From positions 1 through 64,000 of the forward strand of contig JALJEE010000759.1 of assembly GCA_023231475.1 (NCBI GenBank): a stretch of 64,000 nt of DNA, in the 5' to 3' direction. Below, one piece after another: positions 50,844-64,000 of the stretch; position 1 is the first letter of the stretch, and each line of letters begins with the position of its first letter. Below the pieces are notes generated by a model. It was not told where the DNA came from. It searched no databases and was given only the letters and a program-made list of their open reading frames with translations. The DNA is from Seison nebaliae. Lineage: Eukaryota. Made by a program: the position numbers and the translations under genes.

Positions 50844-52351
50844 GTAATGATATTGCAGGAATACTTTATTTGTTAAGAGAAAACAAAATTTTTACGATAG
50901 TCTATCGCTATTCATTTATTCGTCGATTCTCTCCTGATTTTCGGTGGACGACTTCTGATGAGAGAAGCTCAATTTCCACAATTCTCATCTATTGTTCATC
51001 TTTGATTGTGTGTGAGGTGCTATTGAGAAAATAACTGTCAAACGAGCAATTTATATGTGAATAGATGAGACAATTATATATTTCACATCATCCATCTCGT
51101 TGTGCAGATGATTCGTTTTATTTATCTTCCAACTCAAATTTTCATTCACTTTCTGCCTTTTAGTTGATTTTATTCATGAAATAAGATTACTATCAATATT
51201 ACTAACGGAGATTAATTCTCCTAATATATCAAGTAATTTCAATGAATAATAATATTTATTTGGATTCGTGCAATTTCCATCCTTCGTACAATGTGTAGAA
51301 TTTATCTAAGGGATTATTTAAATATCTAAAGCTCAAAATGGATTCAGTTGAATTCAGTTGATTTACTTAATAAACGATAAGTTGTATTCATTTCTTGACT
51401 TGACTTTATCGTAACTCCATGAAAGTTTCAGAAAGATTTATGATGTTATTGAATGGTGAGAATGATGATCATCTTATAACATGCATCTCGAAAAAAAATG
51501 AGAGAATTCTTTTTATCATTCTTACTATTAAACTCATACACATCGATGTATCAGCCAGTCCTCCTATCCATATAAAACTAGCTAATATTTGGATAATAAT
51601 ACTCCATATGATGAACTCATCAGCAAAATGAAACAAATATGTATCCATGTATCGATGTTTCGAAGCCAATTCATATAAAGAAGATGATTAGGGGGAAAAA
51701 TCATGCAGCTTTATTTGACAATACTCATTTGTAGGGAAAAGAAAGAAACTTTCCCTCCCGAAAGCAACTCGAATTGAAACAAAAGATTATTTCGACTAAC
51801 TCTATTTGGTAAATCATGCTAGTTATGAAAGTGATGATGATAATGATTACAATGTAAATTTTATTTATTGAATAATGAAAGAAAGGAGGAAATGGTACCA
51901 TATTCTTTTTCACTTTTTTTTCTTCTTCTTTTACTTAATTTCCAATAATAGAACACTCGATATGAATTATATTTAGTTTCCTTTCTTATTGTCTCCGAGT
52001 TAATTGAATATAATTGTATTTCAAGATCTATTCCCCCCTTCCATTCATTATTCTTCCACTATTCCCAAATTTCTCATGCATTCCACATCATATGGTCGAA
52101 ATGGAAATTTTTGTTACATTTCAAAAATTAACTACTTAATTTTTTTTTCTTCTGGGCAGAAGACTGTTCAATTGCTTCTCTCATTTCTAGCAATGTTAAT
52201 TGAATAGAAATGAAACAACAACAACATCGACAACAACAACAACAACGATTGTCAAGTATAATAGTTCTTGGTGTTGATCAAAAATATCATTTGGAAAACT
52301 TCTCATTGTCGTCAGATAATTTGGAAGAAATTAAATTGAATTGAAGACGAA

Positions 52352-55300
52352 ATGAATCATTTATTTTTATTAACAATATTATTGTGGATTTGCTCAATTT
52401 ATCCGAAGAAAGTTGGAGATATACAACCAATGAAGTCGCCAGTACAACATAGATTGAATGATGATGGTGTTAAACAATCAAAACCGTTCAACGGTTTCGA
52501 TTTGAAAGATCTTCATTTTGTCAGGTTCGTTTCAGTTTAATTCAGTTTAATTTTAATCGAAATATGTTTAAATTAATAATATAATTGAAATAAAAATAAA
52601 TGAATTATAAGAATTTCAAAACTGGTTTGAAGAGAATTAGCAGAAGAAAATTGAATTTTATTTAGGCGAACTCAACTGAAAAGAAATAATTATAGTTAAA
52701 TAAGAAATAATAGTTTACAGTTACTAAGAAGTTGGAGGGAACGATTAGGAAAAAATGTTAAAGGGGAATGAAATGAGATCTGCAAGTGCACAGTTTTTTG
52801 GTGAATCGAATTCAACACCATTGTTTCTGATGAACAAATAAATATTCATCAAAAGATAAGGAGATGATTAATTTAAATTAAAAAGGAGAAGCAAATTGAA
52901 AAAGAAGAACCATAATATGAATTATGGTCAAGATAGGAATGAAGAAAATTCTTATGAATTATGTTCAAATTACATTAGTTTTAATCAATTATTTATTTGC
53001 ACATAATGTGCACAAAATTATTAATTACATTGTTTCTTCCTATCATCATCGTCTTATCAACAAGAAACTTTATTCTTCTTCTATTCACTTAATTCACTCT
53101 TCGAACGAGAGAAATTTGTGAACATAATTCCTTTTTTTTTCTGTTCATAAGAATTGCCAATCTCAAAAGTAAATTATTTATTTTAAGAGAACTAATTTAT
53201 GAGGAAATGGAAAAAAGAAGGAGTTACTTCCACGAGAAACTAGTAAAGAAATGTTGTAGAAAACAAAGCAAATTCTCTATATGGAATTTCTTTTGAGATT
53301 ATTAATCTAGATTTCTAATATCCGAATGATAATGTTACCGAATCATATTGAACAAATAAAAATATAAATGAAATAGTTCAATAAAATCTTCTTATTCAAA
53401 TAAGCAATTTCAACTAGGCTACTTCTATATGCCGTCGAAGATAATGGAAGGGAACCGAGTCGATAAATGATGTATTGGGTGAGCTACTTCGAATGACGTT
53501 GGCTATTGTTAAGTAGAATGTATTAGCTAAACGAATTCGGCAAATAATGAGTCTTACCTTATAATCTTATTTTCTTCTACTTCTCTCCATGGAACATCCG
53601 CGAAAACTTTCTCGTTTATCACACTTTCGATTAAGTTAAGTAACGATTTTTAAGTAATTCATGACTCCTTTCTCTACTACATGGATGAGGACAACAAAAG
53701 GCAGAAAACAAGAAGAATGAACTACCATAATTCCTTTCGAATTCTAAGACTCAAAAACTTTCTCCTTCTCAAATAATTAAGTTCTATTACGTGCGAATTA
53801 CGCTTGTTCCTTCCATCAAACTGACGAAGAACTTTTTATGAGTTATTTCAATTAGCAATAATTGGATTAAACGAAAAAGTAAATTCCGTAAAATTTGAAT
53901 TCTTAAATAATTCGGGTTGGAAAACAATTTTCAATTTTAGAAAGCATAGCATTATTTAAGAACGGAAAGTAACTTTCGTTTTTACAATTGTTGATAGATG
54001 GATCATTCATGAGTCGTATGATTGATTAGAAAAAGGTGAAAGTTGAGGAAATGAATTTATCTTTAAGCAATTCTATTTTAACAATATATTTTAGTTTTAT
54101 ATTTTCAACAGATCAACATTTCATCAGTATTAATCATATCCCAAACGTCTTCTATGAATCATTCGGTGATAAATACAAAACATTTTATGAGAACTATTTT
54201 AAGATAAAAACAACGTTTTTTTTTAACCAGAATCGTAAGTAGTTTCCATATTCCTGAAATACCGCATAAAATTTTAGTTTCAATTAAAATGTTTCACATT
54301 TTCAAGGACTTCCACAAGTGATGAAGAGGTGACATTATTATTATCATCCTTACCGAACATTTAATCCATTCACCATTCCTTTTATTTTTCACCCATCTTC
54401 ATTTTGCCTATTACCTTTGGGATATTAAGTGAAAATCGGCTCTGTTACGATTAGACCAACATACATGAGGATAGTTGTACGTTTTTGGCAATTACTGTTA
54501 TATTGACTGCAGTTGCGTTATATGTAAGAATGCAAATAGATTATCAATCGGTTTTAGTTGAACAATTTAGTTTTTCTGTACTAGTAGTTAGTCTACTAGC
54601 TAGGCTAGCTAGTAAGGAGCCATGCGATTATGTCAACCCTTACATAGCTTTAGCTACACTACCCAGTAATCAAATTAGAGGAGAAAATCATTCTTTCCCG
54701 AATAGTGAAGAAAAGTAGAAGATGGTTATTTATTCATTTGATAAGTGAACAAAAATACTAGAGAAATTATGTCTACTATTAAGTTCGATGAGAGACGATT
54801 GCCAATTGTAATTTATATTTTACCAAACGAAATTATTCTCTGTAACTCTTCCACTTCATCCTCACCGAATTATGGAACTGATTGATCTTGTACAAAAAAA
54901 ATTCTTCCGTATATCCAAATAGCATAAATGTCGAAACGACATGATCCCCATCTGACACTATGTCAATGTGAGAAGTGTCATAATTCGAACTCCATCAAAA
55001 ATTTATATAAAATTTCCTTTAAAATTTTTATTGATTATTCTCTTCCAATTATTGATTTTTGTAAGTTTATCGATCGATTCTCTAATCAAACTGAAAATTA
55101 TTATTAGGAAAGATTATTTTCGTACGTTATCCACCACTGCTGCGAATGTTATCTCGTAAAATTGTGATAGTATAGCAAATAATAAGAAAGTAATGAATTG
55201 ATTTCTACTGATTGAATTATGTTAAACACACGACGAAAACAGAAGAGATATTCAATGGAATGCAAAATAATTACATTATAAAAAAAGTAGTAACGTTAGT

Positions 55301-58300
55301 CATAATAATAATGATAATAATTAAGATGATAACGACAATGATGATGATGGAATGATGATAATATTGATGAAGGAAAAAAAGTTATGATAATAGAATTTTC
55401 TATAAAATTTTTCGTCTAACAACTCGAAATATCTTCAAATTTGTTATTATTTGTTGGAATTTAAAAAAAAATTATCTATTATCCCTTTAAGGTAATAGAC
55501 AGTTTCATCCATCTAATATGTTACTGAATTATACAGTAACATTTATTTCTTCCTCCCACATCATCACTATTCCGTACGAGAATTTATTGGAAATGAAAGT
55601 TATTGATTCGTTTTTCGAATATTCTTCTCTTCCGTTTTTTTCGAGTTGAAGAATGAGGATAATAAAAAGAAAATAGGTTTCCATCATCATAACCATCATG
55701 AATGTTTAAAATAGAATGATGATGATAATTATTATCGTTATTTTCTCCTCTACTATTTATTCTCATCTTCAGGAACATATTTTTGATGTTACATGTCAGA
55801 GCTGGCTTATCTTCGATCAATGAGCGAAGTTTGTTTCGTGTTTGTTTGGATGTTGCCTATTTCATTTTTCTTATGTGCAAGAGATGTCAATTATTATCGA
55901 GAGAACATTTGACTAATATATTCTTTCTTAATCATATATGATCATAATCATGTTGTTTCAATATTACGTGACTGAAGTTTAATTGGATTTCGATTATTGA
56001 GAACTGTCACTCCTGTTAATTTGTGACGGAAATCTTCTTGTCCAATCCGTCGAGGTGATGAGTCATTTTATCGTTTTTTATCAAGACACTATTGTCATCA
56101 TCATCGTTTTTTGAAATAACAACATCAATTTTCATAATTGCATCATCATAAATTTTTTGAACGAAACCGTCATCTGTATAAATTTCCTTCATTTTCTTCA
56201 AATAGAACAAGAAGAAGAAAAAGAATCAATTCTATTTATATTGTTCTCGACGATATACTAAAGCATTTCTCCTGATTAATACATTCCATTATTTCTGATG
56301 ATATTCTCGATGAAAACACAATTCTCATGATTTATGAGTAGAAGAAAATCGTTTGACATAATCGAAAACAATGAACACAATTGAACACATCACACATTTC
56401 CTTCAATTGAGCTATAATCGTTTTTAGCATATTTGATAGTTGTGAAAATGAAGTGAAAAAAATTTTGTGCGCATATTGTGCACAAACTTTACATGTATAT
56501 CTAGACTTAAATATATATATATATATATATAAATAATTTTTTTGTTGTAAAAAAAGACTGATGGATGGACGAACGAAAGAACATCCGTTAGATGAACGAA
56601 TCGATAGATGGATGTATAATCTTGTAAACAGCAAGAATTATGCGCAATTGGATGTTCGAGGAAAGAATGTGCTTTTACCGAAATGATTAATTAGAAATTG
56701 AATGAGTACAAACATTATTTTTTTTAAACAAGACCAAAAAAGCAAATTATAGAACAGACATTGAATGACAATTAGGACAATATAAGTTTTGGAAAGAAAA
56801 CTTTTTATTCCATTCTTTTCCTCCATATTAAACATTATCTTTTATTGCATCAGAATCCCATGAAAAAATAAACACTAAATATCCTAAAGGGAAAATTTCG
56901 GAGGATATGTCACGTCATTTATGTAAAGTTTCATAATCTTTCTCCGAACTCGAAAGAAAATTTTGTTGATTACAATTATTTTAATTACGAATCCCGCCCT
57001 CCAATCAATATCTCACTAGAACAATTAATGTAGAAAAGAAAAAGAAAACTCAATTCACAACAAATATTAGAGTATGAAGTTTGAGTTAAACAAATTCACA
57101 TATCCGATCGGCTTGATCGTTTATGGTCTATTCATCATCATCGTCATCATCATCATACATAATATATTCATATGCAGTTAATTTTTTCCTTTCTCATTCC
57201 AAATACGAAAACAATTATTCTGTTTTCTTTTATTTCCATTTTCATATATACAACAAATTGAACAATTGATTAGAAACAGATTCATGTCAAAAGCATGCAT
57301 GAACTCCCGGTATACCCGGAGAAATTCACATATTCACCCATTTCCTGCTTAGCACTCCTCCTGAACAAAGTTTTAGTTTTAAGACTGTTCAAATCAAACA
57401 AAAATTCTTTTTTATGTCACCAATTCATTTTTCAAAAAAAAAATAACAATTTATTGTGCGAAACATGATTAGTCTTTTCATTCCTCACATCTCCCCCATT
57501 AATTTCATGTTTCAATTTCTCTTCTCAACAAGAAAGATGATCTAGATTGTAAAAAATGGTTTAGTGCACAAACAAATGTGTCGAAAAGAATAATCTATTT
57601 AGTTACTCGATTCTTACAAGTGTAATAGAAGAAGAAGACGTAGAAGTGATATGGAGGAGTTGATTTATTCTTCTTCGCTAAATCACCAATCGCTTATAGT
57701 TAGTGAGAAGAAGAATTAGAAATAAACTGATGTAATTATTAATCTTATTAGTAATGATAATTATTTTATGGTTATGAGGAATGATCGAACAATTTTAGTA
57801 TGCAGAAAAAATTCCTAAAATATATCAATTTTATTGACAACATCGTCAAAATCTATCAGATTCAGATGAAAAAATTTTTTTTGTATTCTTTCAGTTGAAG
57901 GCAAATTGAACTTTGAAGAATTTGGCTAATGATAGCTTTTTATAGTACCAAACAAAGTTTTTTTTAATGAAAATTTATCAAAAAATACTTCTTCACCTTC
58001 CTCCTCCTCCCTCTTTGCCTAAATAACATTTCTCCTGTAATCTTTAATATTCATATCAATTTCATATTAACATGACTGTTTTCACCTTTTCTTCCATTTA
58101 AACGGTGAAAGGAGCCCGAAGCATGTGGAAATTGCATCTACGCAAAATTCCGACAGTCAAATGTCGACAACATTCTGTCTATTCTTCTTCCGAAATTCAT
58201 ATTCCACTATCAAATTCCAGTTAATGATAAGTAAACTTTACCGGCAGAAAATTTTCCCTACGTTAATCAAGAACAGAAGATGTTCATATTTCTCTTCTGC

Positions 58301-61300
58301 CTAAAATGAGAAATTTTCTTTAATATTTTCTGATAGATCACTTCTCGATTAACATTTTCAGGAAGAATCCAATGAAATGTTCTCTAATTTTTGAGGGGAG
58401 TCGTTGCAGCCTCAGAACGGCTCAAACGGCGCTTCAAATACCGGAACATATTTAGATGAATCAAATGAATATTCTTATGTTCAATTTCCTCATTATTTAT
58501 TTGATATCATCTCATAAAAACATCTACGTTGCAACACGAACACATTATGTCCACACAGATTTCCTTCAAAACGCTAGAAAGTTTCGATTAATAAAATTCT
58601 TATACTTAAAAATGATTCATAAAACTCGACAATTTGAACTTTAATTTTTATTTTATTGTTTTCGAAAAATAAATTGACAATTTCATTTTTTTCTAGTTTG
58701 AGCGAAGAAGAAGAAAACAGTTTAAGTACAAATGTAACAAAAATTTTGGATAAATTATTGGAAGGATATGATCGACGTTTACGTCCAAATTTCGGAAGTC
58801 CAAACATTTTCTTGAATTACAATTCATAATATTTTCAGGTCGACCGGTTGAAATCAATATAACCATCCAAATAAATAGTATTCATTCGATGAGTGAAGTG
58901 GGAATGGTTAATTTTAAAAAAATGATTCCCTTCAACTCATTTTTCATTTAGAGTTATTCATTAGATTTATATTTACGACAATATTGGAATGATCGACGAT
59001 TATCATTCGAACCGATAATTAAGGACAAATATGAATTGAAGGAATTTGTTTTGAGTACTGATATTCTTGATAAGATTTGGTGGCCTGATACATTCTTTGC
59101 AACAGAGAAACGAGGAGAACTACATCAATTAACTACATCTAATCGTCTCTTACGTATCACTCATACAGGTGATGTGTTGTTAAGTATGAGATTAACGGTG
59201 GAATCCACATGTAATATGGATCTCCGATTATTCCCAATGGACACCCAACGATGTACATTAGAGATCGAGAGTTGTTCGTGATTATTATTTATCCAATTTT
59301 TATTATTCAACTTATTTCATTAAAGATGGTCATGAAACGAAAGATATGTATTATCGTTGGGTTGATAACAAATTAGATATATTAGAAACGTCATTGCCAC
59401 AATTCAATCTGACACATTATCGACAAGAGCAAATACTGATAACAACAACAACAGGGAATTATTCTCGTTTGATAACAACATTAGTCTTCAAACGACGAAT
59501 TGGATATTATCTGATACAAATTTATGTTCCAGCAATTCTCATCGTTATTATGTCGTGGAAATCGTTTTGGATTGAACGGACAGCATCACCGGCACGTGTT
59601 TCTTTAGGTTATTAAATCTCTAATTTTTTTTATAATTCGAATTAATATTTCAAATTTCCAGGTATTACTACTGTTTTGACTATGACAACTTTAATGTCAA
59701 CTATTAATAATCAATTACCAAAAATTTCTTATATGAAAAGTATCGATATATTCCTGACGACTTGTTTCGTGATGGTTTTTATGTCGTTAGCTGAGTATGC
59801 TACCGTTTCAGTGGTACATCGAAGAAATGTTTATTATTATCGTCGAAAGCGAAACAAACAACGTCTACTTGAACAAAATGCAGTTGTACCTAGCACTGGT
59901 TATCAATCAGCTAATTCTTCTTCACAAAATGATGCACCGAAATCTTCGCATCGTCTCAATACGACACCGGTTCATTCTATCACCAAATCCAAATCGTCAA
60001 AGCAAGAAAATGAGCGGAAAAATTCAGAGGGAACATCCATTACAGATTTTTTGACATCTGCCGGAGAATTGACAAGAGCCTTTTTCGGCGTGTCAAGTCC
60101 AATTGATGATTTGCCAAAAAAAAATTGTAAAAGAAAAAATCAATTTTTTTCTATGAGACAAAATCGACGAAATAAGAAAAGTGCACCGAATTATAGTGCA
60201 CGTGAAGAGGAGAATGAAACGACAGAAAACTCTTATCCAACAAGTCCATTGTTAGTACATCGACGAAAGAAGAAGAGTTCGGAATGTCCAAACAAAATCG
60301 AATCAACATATTCTCCGTTTATTCAACCGAAAAATATGAGAATAACAAAAAATCCTCAAAACGATATGATGTCACCTCGAGAATTAACCGATTCACCTTC
60401 ACATCGTCATTCACCTCAAATAATAATTGCGAGTTTGTAATTTCTTCTTTTAAAATTTTCTTTCTATTTTCATCAGGTCATCATCCACCGAAAGAGACCG
60501 ACGTTGAAAATCAGGACCAATCTCAAATTCGTAAAACGACATTAGCAGTAGTACGAAATGAAGGTGGAGAAAAACCAGTTTTTGCATTCGATACTACTAA
60601 ACAAATTCCAAACAACAACAATAATAATAACAACAATAACCTTAATTTCGTAAAGAATTCTGATAATATTAATCGGATCGTTGTGAAAAAGGAGAGTAAT
60701 AGAGAACGATTACCATCGGAACATCTTTCAAGAAAATGTCGGAAAAGTCCATTGAAACTTCATAATAATAATGATGGTCAATCAACGATATTTGACGAAA
60801 CATTAATTGCAATGGATCACACACCGAAACCGACGAAAACTTACAATTTGATCGATATCGCTCCGACCAGTTATACGATGCCTAATCATTCATCTAATAC
60901 TCATCTTTATCACAAGCAACCGAATATAACAAAGCCGAAATGTGCGGAAGCGATATATGCCAATCCGTTTTATGCTTATTTTAATGAGCCGCCACCTCCA
61001 GGTTTCGAAGCCGAATACTATTACTACCTCCAAAAAATTCAAAGAAAAATTCGAAAACAAATGTCGCAAAGATACATTCCTCCCAATTTTAGACAATCTG
61101 GATATTCGCCCTATCATGAAATCTCTAAACAACAATTACCTACCGAATATATTCCCGCCACCCTCAAAGTCACCACAGCAAATTTAGTTAATATTAATGA
61201 CAAATTACGTAATAATCATCAAAGAAAATTGCCAGAGAAACGACGAAGTAGCTCCTCACCTTATAGTAGTCGGAATACTTCAGCTAAATCGAAACATCGA

Positions 61301-62039
61301 ACAAAATCGGATATGATTCTAACAAAACCAAATGATGATCAACTACTCACAATTCCACCATCAGTTCAACCACAAGATCTTCATAAAACTAGTTCTTGAC
61401 ATTTTCTATTATTAAGTTATAAATTCATCTCACTATTTAGATATGTCACTTCGATCGAATAGTTCAAGAAATTCAAATAGATTCTATAGAAATAAATTCA
61501 AGGCGGCCGCTCATCAAATAATGACGCAGAATTCCATCATGGACTATATGGAGAATCGAGGTGGTGGTAATAAGATAAGAATGAATGAGAAAAATATAAA
61601 ATCCGAATTGAGATCCAGTAAGAAATATGATAACGATTATCGGAAAGGTATACGTCATCGTCTCTTAAATAAACTCACGAGAGATTCACCGACGAGTTTT
61701 GGCGATGAAATGAAATTAGCAAAACGATTAAGAGAAAGAAAAGAAGCAATGTTTGCCAGTTCATATGACATCACTGATAGTGGAGAATTGTCATACGATA
61801 CAGATGACGATCAGAAACCATACATGAAAAACGACCCATCCAAATTCCAGAAATTTTCATTATTCCGATGTAAACTTCGACGGATAAAAGCGTCTTTCAT
61901 CGACATTAATTCTAGAATTGCATTTCCACTTGCTTTCCTCTGTTTCAATATCGGTTACTGGTTCTACTATTATCCTCAGTTCGTCGAAGATGAAATGACA
62001 TATCAAAAAGAGAACTTCATTCGAGTAAATCCTGTCTGA
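52352..62039 (+). CDS. Rdl: RDL-like GABA-gated chloride channel subunit (Cys-loop), 8 exons, ~1076 aa
   Basis: Exons 52352-52524 (signal peptide; linkage inferred from phase), 58697-58797, 58839-58906, 58952-59273, 59326-59607, 59662-60432, 60477-61391 and 61441-62039 total 3231 nt. Motifs: [15 protein letters not shown], Cys loop [75 protein letters not shown] and M4 [17 protein letters not shown]. Confidence 0.9.
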
Positions 62040-63294
62040 TGAGAGAGAGTGTTGTGAAATTAAACAAATTCAAAATTTATCCGTCCTCACCACCTTTTTG
62101 TCATCGTCATCATCTACTTCATGGCATATAACTAGTTTTTAAATTTTTCAAAAATAAAATTTAATAAATAATCCATATAGTAAATTGTATAAATTTCACA
62201 TTATTGTCATTAGTATTGTCAGTTCCACAAGGAGAGATGTGTTGAGTTTGATTCGGGAATTACGTCGGTAGAAATGCACAATTTTTTCCTATAATGTTCA
62301 CGGCTATCAACATTTAATTTCGTCAATTTCTAGTTTTGTTAGTTTCGATATAATCTTGATCCAAGAAACTCGGTTAAATTCTCTACCGGTAGGCTTCAGC
62401 GAGTCGATTCCGTCATCTCATATTTTATTTTTCCATCCAGCCATTTCTACAAGCAGAACATCGAGAAGAGGTCGGTGCTCAGGAGGACTGATGTTTTTGA
62501 TTAGGAAATGTTAAATTTCTAAAAATTTTCGTATCATTTCAGATTACATATGCTCTATACAAATTGGTGACGTTCTCATTGTTAATATGTATAGTTGTAC
62601 GATAGAGCGACTAAGAGTAGTTGAAGAAATCAAAGGGATTCTTGAAAATGTCTATATCTATTGCTCCCCTGAAATTGCGTATTTGTGGGTTAGCAGTGAT
62701 CATTTCAAATTTGACGTGAGGAATTCGTTGAAAATTAGGAATTCTGATTTATTATTGATTTTGAAGTCAATAATACCGTATGAGATTATTTTAAACCATT
62801 TAAAGAACCGAATGAAACACACTCATTACAGTTGTATTCCAAATCAAGGAAAAAAAAATCAAATTTACAAGGGGGTTTTACCATTAACTAGCAATAGTTC
62901 CAACGGAGAGAGATTGAAGTCTCTATCAATAATAAATAACCCACCATTACATTCATAAGATAGAATATCCTCTAACATAACCACGGTGTGCAATTTCTTG
63001 GAAGTATCGCCGAAGTATATACATTGCATACCAAAACGGAACAAATATGTTGAGATAAGAGCCAAGAGACATACGAAATTTTTAGAAATTTTTATGATAG
63101 GAACGACTAGGAAAATTTTCAAACTTCTCCCATACACGCACTGGTTAAAAAGGAGAAGATAATATTTCAACTCGCAATCCGTTAACCCAATGTTGATACT
63201 AATGCACCAGTCGTAGTAGCCATTAAATTCACATAAAATTATACGCGGTATTCCAAAGTTAGTTTCTATTTACAATAAAATACTTAAAAGCATA

Positions 63295-63471
63295 CCCTAT
63301 CATACAAAATCAGACTAAATAACGTCTAATTTTGAGGGTGTCAAAAAATCACTTTATTTAGCGTTTAAATTAAGTGTCTTTAGACCGAAAAGGTGAAAAA
63401 ACGGTCTAATTAACCTCTAATTAAATACTCAGATGAGTACTTAAAATCAGACTTGTTTTTGTATGATAGGG
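63295..63471. mobile_element. MITE-like non-autonomous DNA element, 177 bp, 15-bp TIRs with CCC...GGG ends
   Basis: ccctatcatacaaaa (63295-63309) is the perfect reverse complement of ttttgtatgataggg (63457-63471). Internal tcagact and gtctaatt motifs recur. No clear TSD. Confidence 0.7.
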
Positions 63472-64000
63472 ATGTTACTCTTGACAAATGAATGACATAA
63501 TTTGAAAAAAAGATGAGCAATTGTCTATGAATCACCCGTAATAATTTTTTTCGATTTATGTCAATTCGAAACGGAAAGAATAGTTTCTTTTCAAAATTTT
63601 TTCAATCCTAATTGATTAAGGAGCATGTTCTAAAACGCTCCGTCTGATTAAACTTCTTTCCATAAACTTATTTGGCACACATCCTAAAGGGTTCGGTGAC
63701 AATTGCCCCGTGAGACTGTTTTATTCCACCACTTTAGTTTTTTGTATTTTAAAGTAGTTACGCAGAGAGTAACATCATAAAAAAGCATAAATTCCGAAAC
63801 TATTTTTTCTTGTCTATCGAATGGTTCCCATTACGATATATTTGATTAGATATTAGTGAAAATATTTAGAATCACAGATCAAAAAAACTTCAAAAAAAAT
63901 TTTTTTTTCTCTCTAAATTAAACTGCAGGTACATGACATTTATAATTATCCGATTAACTTCATTTTTTTAAAATAGTTAGAACATCACCTTCCGAACAGA

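Noticed and set aside
50651..51034. 127-aa poly-Asp ORF
   Set aside because: It is held open by a GAC/GAT microsatellite and has no other coding signal.
52924..58644. Short ORFs within RDL intron 1, including a GC-richer patch near 58390-58480
   Set aside because: No homology, and I could not fit the patch as a phase-compatible exon.
62587..63170. Overlapping 123-aa (+) and 101-aa (-) ORFs near the right end
   Set aside because: No recognisable domain or complete gene model; possibly a degenerate gene or transposon fragment, but unsupported.

Overview
This is an AT-rich, gene-dense animal (eukaryotic) genomic window with mostly 40-55 nt spliceosomal introns. The compact architecture is reminiscent of a small spiralian or syndermatan genome, but the taxon is a guess. 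Recognisable genes are: a >=2200-codon spen/SHARP-like RRM ORF running off the left edge (missed by the ORF track), a solitary divergent histone H2B, a GH31 alpha-glucosidase, a class I Rab11-FIP (C2 + FIP-RBD), a TEX43/SPMIP10-like protein with an RFX X-box, an MH1-less Smad, an intron-containing tRNA-Ser(AGA), LSM5, FBXL7, TOP3B, WDR47, TSR1 and an RDL-like GABA-gated chloride channel. There are also several multi-exon orphan secreted or membrane genes reconstructed by hand, a 28-bp minisatellite and a MITE-like element. The most striking window-wide signal is the 5' splice site: 29 of 30 introns I placed in seven recognisable genes begin GTT and one begins GTC, instead of the canonical GTRAG. 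This suggests a lineage-specific change in 5' splice-site recognition. Other highlights are the RDL subunit (natural 2' Ser, a Lys in TM1 and a ~660-aa M3-M4 loop), a large coding module nested in a Rab11-FIP intron that can splice onto the Rab11-binding domain, and a four-copy ACACGTCA + TATA promoter with no obvious downstream ORF. All gene models and homology calls were made by eye, without database searches.
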